From: Alphaproteobacteria bacterium
GTDB lineage: Bacteria > Pseudomonadota > Alphaproteobacteria > GCA-2731375
Assembly: GCA_016776605.1 (NCBI GenBank)
Contig: JADHTB010000010.1
Coordinates: forward strand, 8,727-72,726
Length of the DNA stretch: 64,000 nucleotides
Direction of reading: 5' to 3'
Shown: piece by piece, positions 32,762-42,764 of the stretch
Position numbering within the stretch: the first letter of the stretch is position 1
Layout of the letters: every line of letters begins with the position of its first letter
Position numbers and translations under genes: made by a program
The notes under the pieces: generated by a model
Told to the model about the DNA's origin: nothing
Databases searched by the model: none
Seen by the model: the letters and a program-made list of their open reading frames with translations, nothing else

Positions 32762-33889
32762 TTACTCTGTCGGGACCAGGGCCATTCGTTCCTGGCCAGC
32801 CTGCATTTCCGCCACCTTGGCCTCGACCAACGCGACCACATGATCAACAAAGCCTTCATCGCCGATCTTGTGATCGGCAACGCCGCTTAGATACACTAAA
32901 TGGGTGCCGTGGCCACCGCCGGTAACACCGATATCGGTTTCCCGTGCCTCGCCCGGGCCATTTACCACGCAGCCCATGATGGACAGGGTCAGCGGTGTGA
33001 CGATATGGGCCAGGCGTTGTTCCAAGGCTTCCACCGTCTTGATCACGGGAAAGGCCTGGCGCGCGCAGGACGGGCAGCTAACGATGGAGACCCCACGATG
33101 GCGCAGGCCCAGGGCCTTCAATATCTCGAAACCAGCATGGATTTCCTCGACCGGGTCGGCGGACAGGGAAACCCGGATGGTGTCGCCAATACCGGCCCAC
33201 AAAAGATTGCCAAGGCCGATGGACGACTTGACCGTGCCGCCCCGCAAGGCGCCGGCCTCGGTAATGCCCAGGTGCAGGGGATAGTCACAGGCATCCGCCA
33301 GGGCCTGATAGGCGGCAACGCAAAGAAACACATCCGATGCCTTGACCGAAATCTTAAAGTCTTCAAAGTTATTGTCTTCCAGCAACCGGGCATGGTTCAA
33401 GGCGCTTTCCACCATCGCCTCCGGGCAGGGTTCGCCATAACGTTCCAGCAATTCGCGTTCCAGGCTGCCGGCATTGACGCCAATGCGCATGGAACAGCCG
33501 TTGGCCCGGGCGGCCTGTATCACCTCACGCACCCGGCTTTCAGAGCCGATATTGCCCGGATTGATACGTAAACAGGCAGCGCCGTTGTCGGCTGCTTCCA
33601 AGGCCCGGCGATAATGGAAATGAATGTCGGCGATAATCGGCACGCTGACCTGATCGACAATGTCGCGCAGGGCGGCCGAAGACGCTTCATCGGGGCAGGA
33701 AACCCGGACGATATCCGCGCCGGCCGCCTCCAATGCCTTGATCTGGGCCACCGTCGCGGCGACATCATGGGTCAGCGTCGTGGTCATGGATTGCACCGAG
33801 ATCGGCGCGCTGCCGCCGACGGCAACGTCACCAACCTTCACCTGACGGCAAGTCCGCCGCTGAATATCGCGATAGGGACGTAGGCTCAT
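32762..33889 (-). CDS. ispG: 4-hydroxy-3-methylbut-2-enyl diphosphate synthase (flavodoxin type)
   Basis: GcpE-family TIM-barrel and 4Fe-4S domain (CPSCAR...C). Start chosen at MSLRPYRDI. Confidence 0.9.
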   Translation of the reverse strand: MSLRPYRDIQRRTCRQVKVGDVAVGGSAPISVQSMTTTLTHDVAATVAQIKALEAAGADIVRVSCPDEASSAALRDIVDQVSVPIIADIHFHYRRALEAADNGAACLRINPGNIGSESRVREVIQAARANGCSMRIGVNAGSLERELLERYGEPCPEAMVESALNHARLLEDNNFEDFKISVKASDVFLCVAAYQALADACDYPLHLGITEAGALRGGTVKSSIGLGNLLWAGIGDTIRVSLSADPVEEIHAGFEILKALGLRHRGVSIVSCPSCARQAFPVIKTVEALEQRLAHIVTPLTLSIMGCVVNGPGEARETDIGVTGGGHGTHLVYLSGVADHKIGDEGFVDHVVALVEAKVAEMQAGQERMALVPTE

Positions 33890-34004
33890 GATCTGATCCA
33901 GGATACGGGGTGTAAACACGGGACACATAAAATCAGGCCGGAAAAAACACCGCAGACCAGCCTGACCGATGCAATAGCAATAAATTGCTACCGATAACAG
34001 GTAA

Positions 34005-34160
34005 TACCAACCGACGCTGATAGGGACCTACTGAGACGCCTTGGGCCAGTATTCGGGTCGGAGCGCGCCGACGCGATGTGGTGTGCATCGTCAAGACTTC
34101 ACTCCTACCCGAGGGCACGCGAAGGTGATCACAGTAGGTCCCTATCAGCGCCGGTTGGTA
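34005..34160. repeat. Hairpin element bounded by a 29-nt perfect inverted repeat
   Basis: TACCAACCGACGCTGATAGGGACCTACTG (34005-34033) pairs with CAGTAGGTCCCTATCAGCGCCGGTTGGTA (34131-34159). Its internal core GATGTGGTGTGCATCGTCAAGA matches the core of the 18236..18408 element. Confidence 0.6.
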
Positions 34161-34232
34161 TAAGATCAAGGTTCGAGACGGGAAATAACAGACGGATACC
34201 CGATCCTAGAACGCGTTCGAAGAAGCCACGCT

Positions 34233-35948
34233 CTAGGGACCGGAGCCGACCGTGTTGTCCGTGTCGTCCGTGTTGTCGGTCTTAGGCAGCAATTGCGCCC
34301 GCAGGAACTCGGCATTCAATTGAATGTTGCGGCGCACCTGTCCAATAGGCCCCAAGGCGCCCAACGCCTGACCATCCACTATGATTTCGATTGCCCCGGC
34401 ATTGCCGGTCATCAGCACCAAATCGTCGCGGTTCGGGGCGTGATAACTATCACCGGCCCGCAGCATGCGGGTCAGAAGTAATTCATTATTCGCGCCCTGG
34501 ATCTGGACCCAGGATTCGGCGCGCGCGCGCAATTCCACCCGGGAATTGCGGTTCGAGGCGCCATAGACCTGTGGAGGATAGCTCAGGGCACCAGACGCCG
34601 CGGCCTGGGATGCCGGGGATGCCTGCTGGCCCACGGCGCCGTCGGAAGCACCTTCGCTTGCCGCTTCGGGCAAAGCACGGGCCGGCGCCGATGGTGCGGC
34701 GGGCGGCGGCGGCGGGTCGATAGCCGCCTGGACCGATGGCGGGACCGACGGCTGGACTGGGGCGGCCTTTACATCACCGCCCTCACCCAATGACGCGGCG
34801 GGTTGGGCTGCCGTAGATCGGGCTGCCGTGGATTGCGGTACCGCAGATTGGGGCACGACAACTTGCGGCGCCACGGGCTGCGCCTGCGCGGCGTCTTCCA
34901 AGATCACGGGGATCACGGGCGCGGTGCGAACCTCGACCGCCGGCTTAGCGGTGCTGACCATGGCATTTGGCGAAACCGGTGAGGTTGAAGCATCAGCCGC
35001 CGCCAAATTCGCGGCTGCCGGCATATCCCCGATGCTGACGCCGGCGTTCGCCTTGACCGTCGCGGCAGGCGTCTTGGCGGCTTGTTCGCCTTCACCAGAC
35101 CCTGACGTCACCGTTGGCGCGGCCTGGCCCACGGCCTCCGGATTGGCGACTGTAGCTGCCAGGTTTGCGACGGCTCCAACATTCGGTGTTGCCGCCGCCG
35201 CATCGTTATTGGCCACGGCATCGTTATCAGCCACGGCATCGTTATCAGCCACGGCATTGCTGTTAACCGCATTACTATCAACAGCTATCTGCTCAGCAGC
35301 GGCCTGGCGCGCGGGCTCGGGTGCGGGAACGGACGGCGCAACGGCCACATTGGCTGTGTCTGCCTTAGGGGCAGTGTCCGCGGTATCCGTCGCCGCCTGA
35401 TAGGGTGTAAAGCGTTCCGGCGGTTCAGCCACCACTTCAATTGGCAAAAGCCCCTGCCGCTCCAGGAAAATCCAACCACCGTAGACCGCACCCGCCAACA
35501 GCAATGAGACCAGCGCCAACCGCAAGCCCGGGCGTCGGGCCTCGTCCAGCGGTTCCGGTATAACGATACGGCGTTCTACCGGAACAAGGGTCGCCTCGCG
35601 CTTGAACTGGCGGATAACCTCATCGCCATCAAGTCCAAGAAATTCACTGTACGTGCGGAGGAAGCCGATAGCATAGGTCGGCCCTGGCAAACCATCAGTG
35701 CGGCCCTCTTCCAACGCCAACAAATGCGCCTGTTGGATACGCAGCTCGCTTGAAATTTCCGCCAGGGAAAGCTGCCGCCGTTGCCTCTCGGCCCGCAAGT
35801 TGGTGCCTACGCCGCTGTAAACCTCCACGTCACCCGATTCCACGATCTGTTGCAAGTGCAGGCCACGCCCATTCCCGCGCCGCCGGCTATCCTTGCCGCC
35901 CTGTGGTTCCTTCCCAGGCAATTCATCCATAATATTTGGATCAGTCAT
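34233..35948 (-). CDS. rodZ: Cytoskeleton protein RodZ (HTH-XRE domain, single transmembrane segment, long low-complexity periplasmic linker, DUF4115)
   Basis: N-terminal HTH (LRAERQRRQLSLAEISSELRIQQAHLLALEEG), a transmembrane segment, an Ala/Pro/Val-rich linker with tandem NDAVAD repeats, and a C-terminal DUF4115-like domain. Confidence 0.8.
   Translation of the reverse strand: MTDPNIMDELPGKEPQGGKDSRRRGNGRGLHLQQIVESGDVEVYSGVGTNLRAERQRRQLSLAEISSELRIQQAHLLALEEGRTDGLPGPTYAIGFLRTYSEFLGLDGDEVIRQFKREATLVPVERRIVIPEPLDEARRPGLRLALVSLLLAGAVYGGWIFLERQGLLPIEVVAEPPERFTPYQAATDTADTAPKADTANVAVAPSVPAPEPARQAAAEQIAVDSNAVNSNAVADNDAVADNDAVANNDAAAATPNVGAVANLAATVANPEAVGQAAPTVTSGSGEGEQAAKTPAATVKANAGVSIGDMPAAANLAAADASTSPVSPNAMVSTAKPAVEVRTAPVIPVILEDAAQAQPVAPQVVVPQSAVPQSTAARSTAAQPAASLGEGGDVKAAPVQPSVPPSVQAAIDPPPPPAAPSAPARALPEAASEGASDGAVGQQASPASQAAASGALSYPPQVYGASNRNSRVELRARAESWVQIQGANNELLLTRMLRAGDSYHAPNRDDLVLMTGNAGAIEIIVDGQALGALGPIGQVRRNIQLNAEFLRAQLLPKTDNTDDTDNTVGSGP
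35194..35265. repeat. Four imperfect 18-bp tandem repeats inside rodZ (GCCACGGCATCGTTATCA)
   Basis: Direct repeats visible in the DNA; they encode AVADND-type repeats in the RodZ linker. Confidence 0.8.
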
Positions 35949-36095
35949 GCATTCTTTCAGATCAAGCTTTCCTGGCGCGCCACATGCGCCGCATCCCACG
36001 GCCCGCACATCGTAGAGTCCTACCGTCGCAGTCCCCTGTGGATAACTTCACAATAAGTTCTAACAGTTAAAAAAAACTCAAGCAATCATCATAGT

Positions 36096-38366
36096 TTATA
36101 TGATTATTCCATGATCTTCCGCGAACTTCGTCAACGCCTCGCGCAGGCTATGTTCCGGCGAATCATAATAATTCTCCATAAACGCCTGCAAAGCGGGCAG
36201 ATCCAAGCTGCGGACCATCATTTTCACCGGGCCAATCGAGGCCGCGCCCATTGAAATACTGCGCAGGCCCAGGCCGATCAGGGCCATGGCGTCGATGGGC
36301 CGGCCCGCCGCCTCGCCACACAGGCTGACCGGCACCCCGGCAGCGTCACAACGGCGCACAATATCGCGCACGATCGACAGGGCCGCCGGGCTTAATTCAT
36401 CATAGCGGTTGGCCAGCCGTGGATTGCCACGATCCGAGGCAAAGAGAAATTGCATCAGATCGTTACTGCCGATGGAGACAAAATCGACCATGGGCAACAA
36501 TGCCCCCAGCTGCCAGGCCAGACTGGGCACTTCCAACATGGTGCCGACCCGAAGCGACGATGGACCCGCTTCTCCCATACGGTGTTGACGCTCTACCTCG
36601 AGCTCGAGCAAGCCGCGTGCCGCCTTGAATTCGGAAACTTCGGCGATCATGGGAAACATGATGGCCAGCGACCGGCCCGCGGCCGCTTTCAGCAAGGCCC
36701 TGATCTGCATGCGCAGCAAAACCGGTCGATCCAGAGACAGGCGGATCGCGCGCCAGCCCATGGCCGGGTTCTTTTCGTCGTCATAGCGGGTCAAATAGGG
36801 CAACATCTTATCGCCCCCAACATCAAGCGTACGAAAAACCACCGGCCGGTCGCGCACTTGATCCAGCACCCGTTTATAAAACTCGGTCTGCACGGAAACC
36901 GTAGGCAGGGTGGCCCGGACCATGAAATGCAGTTCGGTTCGGTACAGCCCGATGCCATCGGCCCCGGTCTCGTCCAAATGGGGTAGATCCGCCAGCAATC
37001 CGGCGTTCAGGTTAAGCTGAATGCGGGTGCCATCCCGGCTTATCGCCGGCTGGTCACGCAGCGCGGCATATTGCGCCGCCTTGGCCTGGCGCAGCTCCAG
37101 ATTAGCGCTGAAGGCGTCTAGTGCGTCCGCGCCCGGGCGTACGAATAATAGTCCATTATCGCCGTCAACAACCAGATCGTCGCCGCTTTCCACCAGGTCA
37201 AGCAGGTGATCCAACCGGCCGATGACCGGGATTTGCAAAGCCCGGGCAACGATAGCCACGTGCGAGGTGGGCGAGCCCTCTTGCAACACCAACGCCTTAA
37301 CCCGGGTGACATCGTAATCCAGCAATTCCGCCGGCCCCATGTTCCAGGCCACCACCACGGCTTGATCAGGTAAAACATCATCGATTTGCCCGCCGCTATA
37401 GGTTAAGTGGCGCATCAACCGGTTGGACAGATCTTCCAGATCGTGCAGTCGTTCGCGTAAATAGGCATCGCCAATTTCCGACATCCGGGTGCGGTTTTCG
37501 ACCTGGACCCGCTCCACCGCCGCCTCAGCCGTCAAGCCGCTTTGAACCACGTCATGCATCCGGGCCATCCAGCCCTTGTCGTGGGCGAACATGCGGTAGG
37601 TTTCCAGGATATCGCGGGGTTCACCAGTCGGTTCCGCGATCACCGCCTGCAACATGCCATCGATCTGGATGCGAAGCTCGGCAACGGCCGTGTTCAGGCG
37701 TGCCGCTTCAACGTCGATATCGTCGGCAACATGCTTTTCCACGACGATTCGGGGCTCGTGCAATACGGCAATACCACGGGCCAAACCTTCGTTCAGGGAT
37801 AACCCGGACAGACGCCTCGGCAAGCCATCGGTGGCCAACACGCCCGCGCCTGGAATCTCTTCCTGCAACGCACCGCCAACCATTTCCGCCAGGACCATTG
37901 CGATGGTCTGCATCACCTCGACTTCGTCATCGGAGTAGTTCCGGTTTGTCCGGTTTTGCAGCACGAGCACGCCCACCACCCGGCCGCCACGCAGCACCGG
38001 CACCCCCATCAGGGAATGATAGTCTTCTTCGCCGGTTTCCGGGCGGGCGGCGAAATTAGGATGGGAGCGGGCCTCGGACAAAGCAACGGGCCGGGCCAAC
38101 TGGGCAATCTGGCCAACAAGGCCTTCACCAATCCGCAGGGTGGTTTCATGTACGGCGCTGCGCTTCAAGCCTTCGGTGGCAAACAGTTCCAAGGCACCGT
38201 CGCGCAACAGATAGATCGAGCAGACCTCGGCCACCATGTTGGCGGCGATTGCGGCGACCAATTGATCCATTCGTTCCTGGGCCGTACCCGGGCCGGCCAT
38301 GACTTCGCGCAGCCGGCGCAGCAGAATGCGTGGCCCCGAAGGCACCGCTGGCCCTGCGGCGTTCAC
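36096..38366 (-). CDS. ptsP: Phosphoenolpyruvate-protein phosphotransferase with an N-terminal GAF domain (EI-Ntr)
   Basis: 756 aa with a GAF domain followed by the PEP-utilising enzyme I domains (phospho-His region and a C-terminal TIM-barrel). Confidence 0.9.
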   Translation of the reverse strand: MNAAGPAVPSGPRILLRRLREVMAGPGTAQERMDQLVAAIAANMVAEVCSIYLLRDGALELFATEGLKRSAVHETTLRIGEGLVGQIAQLARPVALSEARSHPNFAARPETGEEDYHSLMGVPVLRGGRVVGVLVLQNRTNRNYSDDEVEVMQTIAMVLAEMVGGALQEEIPGAGVLATDGLPRRLSGLSLNEGLARGIAVLHEPRIVVEKHVADDIDVEAARLNTAVAELRIQIDGMLQAVIAEPTGEPRDILETYRMFAHDKGWMARMHDVVQSGLTAEAAVERVQVENRTRMSEIGDAYLRERLHDLEDLSNRLMRHLTYSGGQIDDVLPDQAVVVAWNMGPAELLDYDVTRVKALVLQEGSPTSHVAIVARALQIPVIGRLDHLLDLVESGDDLVVDGDNGLLFVRPGADALDAFSANLELRQAKAAQYAALRDQPAISRDGTRIQLNLNAGLLADLPHLDETGADGIGLYRTELHFMVRATLPTVSVQTEFYKRVLDQVRDRPVVFRTLDVGGDKMLPYLTRYDDEKNPAMGWRAIRLSLDRPVLLRMQIRALLKAAAGRSLAIMFPMIAEVSEFKAARGLLELEVERQHRMGEAGPSSLRVGTMLEVPSLAWQLGALLPMVDFVSIGSNDLMQFLFASDRGNPRLANRYDELSPAALSIVRDIVRRCDAAGVPVSLCGEAAGRPIDAMALIGLGLRSISMGAASIGPVKMMVRSLDLPALQAFMENYYDSPEHSLREALTKFAEDHGIII

Positions 38367-38427
38367 GTCGGCGGTCCCGGCCAGGCCCTATCCGCGCCAG
38401 GGATCGGTACTATTTTTGCAAGCGCGC

Positions 38428-39645
38428 TCAAACGGCGTCCAACCCATATGCGGAATGCAGGCTTCGCACGGCCAACTCGGTATATTCCGCGCCGATCAGA
38501 ACCGATATTTTAATTTCGGAGGTCGAGATGGCATGGATATTAATGCCCTTCTCGGACAGTGCGGCAAACATCCGCTGGGCCACGCCGGCATGACTGCGCA
38601 TGCCAACGCCGATCACCGAAACCTTAACGATATCGCCGTCAGAGATAATTTCCTGATAGCCGATAGCCGCCCGGTGCTGGGTCAAAATTGCCTCGGCCCG
38701 GGCCAGATCAGCCCGCGTCACCGTGAAGGTAATATCAGTGCGGGAACCGTCGGGCGAGGCGCTTTGGACGATCATGTCCACATTGACATTGGCCTCGGCC
38801 AAAGGTCCGAAAACCGCCGCCGCCACGCCAGGCCGGTCGGACACATGCAACAAGGTTACTTTGGCCTCGTCGCTGGCATAGGTAATACCACTGACAACCG
38901 CTTTTTCCACGATTTCATCCTCGTCAACAACTAAAGTACCGGGCGTATTGTTAAAACTGGAAAGCACCTGCACCCGCACCCGGTGATTCATGGCCAATTC
39001 GACCGATCGGGTTTGCAGCACCTTGGCACCTTGAGATGCCATTTCCAGCATTTCTTCGTAGGTAATTTTATCAAGTTTACGGGCCGCCGTCACGATACGA
39101 GGATCAGCGGTGTAAACACCATCAACATCAGTATAGATATCACAGCGGTCCGCGTCTAAAGCGGCGGCCAGGGCCACCGCAGTGGTGTCGGTACCACCGC
39201 GCCCCAAAGTTGCGATACGATTGTCCGGCGCCAAGCCCTGAAATCCGGCCACGACGGCAACCTCGCCCGTCGCCATACGCCGCGTTATTTCAGCCCCATC
39301 AATGTCTTCGATGCGGGCGCTGCCATGCACGCCGTCGGTACGGATCGGTATCTGCCAACCCAGCCAGGAACGGGCCGATATGCCTTTTTCCTGCAACGCG
39401 ATGGCCAGCAGCCCGACGGTGATCTGTTCGCCGGCGGAAACCACGGCATCATACTCTCTCGCATCGTGCAGGCTGCTCATGGCCTGGGTCCACTCAATAA
39501 GCTGATTAGTGGTGCCGGCCATGGCCGATACCACCACGGCAACCTGATTACCCGCGGCAACCGCCCCGGCTACGGTTTCAGCAACACTTTGCAGGCGCTC
39601 CACGTCAGCCACCGACGTGCCGCCAAATTTCATTACAATACGTGC
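38428..39645 (-). CDS. lysC: Aspartate kinase
   Basis: N-terminus KFGGTSVAD and two C-terminal ACT domains. Start chosen at MARIVMKFGG. Confidence 0.9.
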   Translation of the reverse strand, partial: ARIVMKFGGTSVADVERLQSVAETVAGAVAAGNQVAVVVSAMAGTTNQLIEWTQAMSSLHDAREYDAVVSAGEQITVGLLAIALQEKGISARSWLGWQIPIRTDGVHGSARIEDIDGAEITRRMATGEVAVVAGFQGLAPDNRIATLGRGGTDTTAVALAAALDADRCDIYTDVDGVYTADPRIVTAARKLDKITYEEMLEMASQGAKVLQTRSVELAMNHRVRVQVLSSFNNTPGTLVVDEDEIVEKAVVSGITYASDEAKVTLLHVSDRPGVAAAVFGPLAEANVNVDMIVQSASPDGSRTDITFTVTRADLARAEAILTQHRAAIGYQEIISDGDIVKVSVIGVGMRSHAGVAQRMFAALSEKGINIHAISTSEIKISVLIGAEYTELAVRSLHSAYGLDAV

Positions 39646-39851
39646 CATACCCTCACCCGGCGGCCCCAACCAACTACTGCCGCCCACAACCGCCTACCCA
39701 CCAGATCAAAGCCGTCGGTGGGGCGGCTATTCATACTCAAAGGTCTTGCCGCTTACAAGTGATGGAGGTAGTGCCAGAATACGCAAGTCTTCATGTCTCT
39801 GCGTTCATTTGGCCCGCAAGACCGCTCCTTGGCGCCGTGGCGGCGCCGCAT

Positions 39852-40103
39852 TCATGGGACCGGTGTTTTAGGCAGACGCTCCGCCGCTGTCAGCAATGCG
39901 CGGCCTGCCGGGGTAATCCGCACCGTTGCCCCGATGCCATGGCGATGGTCCCGGATCACGAGTTTCCGGTCGACCGCATCCTCCCAAATGGTGAGTTGGG
40001 GGCAAGACGTACGCCAAGCCGCCATCACGTCGTCATAGCGCCTGGGTTGAACCGCGATCCATTCAACGAGATCCAGGATCAATGCCTCATTTACCGATGC
40101 CAT
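39852..40103 (-). CDS. Small conserved hypothetical protein
   Basis: About 85-aa ORF with codon usage typical of the window; no recognisable motif. Start is uncertain. Confidence 0.35.
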   Translation of the reverse strand: MASVNEALILDLVEWIAVQPRRYDDVMAAWRTSCPQLTIWEDAVDRKLVIRDHRHGIGATVRITPAGRALLTAAERLPKTPVP

Positions 40104-40177
40104 CACCGCCCCCTCCATCCCTTGCACTGACTATCGCCGTCGGATAGTACAATAAGACAATGCGGAAGGCACGGAAC

Positions 40178-40918
40178 ATGAGCCAGGCAGCAAGCATCGA
40201 CCCGGTTGAAATTGACCGCTTCGCACGGATGGCGGCGCAATGGTGGGACGCCGATGGACCCATGGCGCCGTTGCATCGCCTTAACCCCACTCGTTTGCAA
40301 TACAGCCGCGCGCGCCTATGCGGCCATTTCAATTTGGACGCTGGCGATCTTCGGCCCCTGGCCGGCCTGCGGTTGTTGGATGTGGGCTGTGGCGGCGGCC
40401 TTTTATCCGAGCCATTCGCCCGCATGGGGGCTTCGGTCGTAGGCATTGATGCCGGGGTCGAGAATATTGCCGCCGCCGACGCGCATGCGCAGGCAATGGG
40501 ACTCACGGTGGACTACCGGGCCATGGCCGCGGAAGATTTAGCCGCCTCGGGCGTACAATTCGATGCCGTCGTCAGCATGGAGGTGATCGAACATGTGGCC
40601 GATGTAGCCGGCTTTATCGCGGCCCTTGTCGATCTAACACGTCCAGGCGGCGCCTTGTTGTTGGCGACGTTGAACCGTACGCCGCAGTCCTTTTTTTCCG
40701 CCATTCTGGGCGCCGAATACGTGCTGCGCTGGCTGCCCGTGGGCACGCACGACTGGCAACGCTTTCGCAAGCCCGCGGAACTGGGCCGGTATCTACGCCA
40801 GGCCGGCGCGGAACTGCGGGACGTCACCGGCATGCGCTATTTACCTCGTCAGGGGGATTGGCAACTTTCGCGTAATACCGGCGTGAATTATCTGGCCTAT
40901 GCCGTTCGTCCGGCCTAG
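40178..40918 (+). CDS. ubiG: Bifunctional 3-demethylubiquinol 3-O-methyltransferase / 2-polyprenyl-6-hydroxyphenol methylase
   Basis: SAM-binding motif LLDVGCGGGLLSE and overall UbiG similarity; about 246 aa. Confidence 0.9.
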   Translation: MSQAASIDPVEIDRFARMAAQWWDADGPMAPLHRLNPTRLQYSRARLCGHFNLDAGDLRPLAGLRLLDVGCGGGLLSEPFARMGASVVGIDAGVENIAAADAHAQAMGLTVDYRAMAAEDLAASGVQFDAVVSMEVIEHVADVAGFIAALVDLTRPGGALLLATLNRTPQSFFSAILGAEYVLRWLPVGTHDWQRFRKPAELGRYLRQAGAELRDVTGMRYLPRQGDWQLSRNTGVNYLAYAVRPA

Positions 40919-40972
40919 AGCATTTTCATTCTGAAAATGCTCAGATCTATAGAATTAGAGAAATTTCTCTAA
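40915..40972 (-). repeat. Partial copy D (one palindrome arm) of the intergenic repeat family
   Basis: CTAGAGCATTTTCATTCTGAAAATGCTCAGATCTATAGAATTAGAG matches the first half of copy C. Confidence 0.7.
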
Positions 40973-40991
40973 GCCCCGCCGTGTTCCGCCA

Positions 40992-41543
40992 TCAATCCGC
41001 CTGATAGTCGTCCGGGAAATAATCGCGGACGTAGGGACTGTTTAGGGCATAGGCATAGCAGGAATTGCGCAGACCAGGGCTGAGAGACAGGCGGCCGGTA
41101 TTGTTGGGATCCATATTTTCAACGACCTCGAACAGGGATTGCATGGCCGTCGTCGCCATTTGTGCCAGCATTTCGTTCAAATGTGTGCAACCCACCACCC
41201 CGCCCAAACGTTCGCGGACGGCACGGTTCCAGCCAGGTCCCATTTTTAACCCCTGCAAGCGGCTGTAATTGGGTGCCGCCAGGGGACAGGGTCCATGGGC
41301 GCCCACATCCATCTGGGCTTCCGCCGCACGGACCACCAGATCCGTATCGATGGTCAGACGCAGCCACATATCATGCACCGGCTGATCCGCCGTACGCTCG
41401 CTGTCCAGCATGCTGTAGTCGTCTTCCTTGACATCGGTAATATGACCTTCGATGTCCCACAGGCCGTCCTGGCGTTCGTAGGCTTTTAATTCAAGGATAC
41501 GGGTATGGGACAAGGCGCGCGGCGCGGGATCGCTTAGGGGCAA
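40992..41543 (-). CDS. DUF2889-like protein
   Basis: Conserved GCTHLNE(M/L)L-type motif; 183 aa. Confidence 0.5.
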   Translation of the reverse strand: MPLSDPAPRALSHTRILELKAYERQDGLWDIEGHITDVKEDDYSMLDSERTADQPVHDMWLRLTIDTDLVVRAAEAQMDVGAHGPCPLAAPNYSRLQGLKMGPGWNRAVRERLGGVVGCTHLNEMLAQMATTAMQSLFEVVENMDPNNTGRLSLSPGLRNSCYAYALNSPYVRDYFPDDYQAD

Positions 41544-41649
41544 GGGAGGCTCCTGATAATATTCCAGATAATGTGAGCATTCTAGAACATCCCGGAACCG
41601 CTCTAGAGGCCGCCGTCGCGGGGACAGCCATGACGGACAGAGAAGCCGC

Positions 41650-42762
41650 TCAGGCCGTGGCCGCGATCACGGTGTCGGCAGTGTCGCCGGCACGGTCCGT
41701 GGCTGCCGCGGGCTGGGCCCAGACCGCGATGGGGCCGCTGGTCGGCAGGGCGCGATCGTAGCTGTATTCCCAGTTCAATGGATCCGAAAACAGTTTCCGC
41801 AAAAGCTGATTATTGCTGCTGTGGCCGGTACATTGACCCGCGAAATGCGCCAACATCGGCCCGCCGGCAAGGTAAAAATCACCGACGCAGTCCAATACCT
41901 TGTGGCGGACGAATTCGTCGTCATAGCGCAGACCGCCTTCGTTCATGATTTCGTCGTCCCGGCCAACCACCACGACATTGTCCAACGAACCGCCTTGGCC
42001 CAAACCAAGATCCATTAAGCGGTTAACCTCATGCTCGAAACCAAACGTACGGGCACGGCAAATATCTCGTTTGAAACCGCCGTTATGCAGATCGTAAAAG
42101 CCGGATTTTTCCACAATCGCGGGACTGTCGAAATCAATCTCCAGCGAAACCGAGAACCCATCCGAGGGCACCAATGCGGCCCGCCGTTTGCCGTCCTCGA
42201 TCTCTACCCGGCGCAGAACGCGGATCCAACGGCGGCGCGCCTGCTGCGGCGCCAGACCTGCACATTCGATCAAAAACACGAATGGCGCCGAAGAGCCATC
42301 CATGATGGGCACTTCCGGGCCATCCAATTCAACCCGGACATTATCGATGCCGCACCCGGCCAGCGCCGCCATCAGATGTTCAACAGTGCCCACCTTCACC
42401 CCGGCGTCATTTTGCACCGTGGTTGACATGACCGTGTCGCTGACCGTATCCCAGCCTGCCCGGACGTCGGCGGCACCCGGCGCGGCATCCGCACCAGTAT
42501 CCCCGCCAATATCCCCGGGAGCATCTTTAGCTATCCCTAAGGCAGCTGCACGAATATCGGTGCGGTGAAAGACGATACCCGTATCAGCCGGCGCCGGACG
42601 CAGACACATGGCGACCTTAATGCCGCTGTGCAGGCCCACGCCTGAACAGTTGATCGCATTCTTCAGCGTATGCTGCTGCCTGAGCGTATGCTGCTTTGGG
42701 TCCACGTCTTCAATCCGCTTCAAACTTAACGACCTATTCAAATTTAACGTCAAACTTAACAA
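41650..42762 (-). CDS. lpxC: UDP-3-O-acyl-N-acetylglucosamine deacetylase with a low-complexity insertion and a C-terminal extension
   Basis: GVGLHSG, GTVEHL and ARTFGF LpxC motifs in the correct order. There is an extra Gly/Asp/Ala-rich insert of about 20 aa after HRTDI and a C-terminal tail of about 25 aa. The start is uncertain and probably lies downstream of 42762. Confidence 0.85.
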   Translation of the reverse strand: MLSLTLNLNRSLSLKRIEDVDPKQHTLRQQHTLKNAINCSGVGLHSGIKVAMCLRPAPADTGIVFHRTDIRAAALGIAKDAPGDIGGDTGADAAPGAADVRAGWDTVSDTVMSTTVQNDAGVKVGTVEHLMAALAGCGIDNVRVELDGPEVPIMDGSSAPFVFLIECAGLAPQQARRRWIRVLRRVEIEDGKRRAALVPSDGFSVSLEIDFDSPAIVEKSGFYDLHNGGFKRDICRARTFGFEHEVNRLMDLGLGQGGSLDNVVVVGRDDEIMNEGGLRYDDEFVRHKVLDCVGDFYLAGGPMLAHFAGQCTGHSSNNQLLRKLFSDPLNWEYSYDRALPTSGPIAVWAQPAAATDRAGDTADTVIAATA

Positions 42763-42764
42763 CT

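Noticed and set aside
39688-39851. Possible lysine riboswitch or attenuator upstream of lysC (a 9-bp inverted repeat GCCGCCCAC...GTGGGCGGC is present)
   Set aside because: None of the lysine-riboswitch conserved helices or motifs are recognisable, and the stem is not followed by a U-tract. It is probably an incidental GC-rich hairpin.
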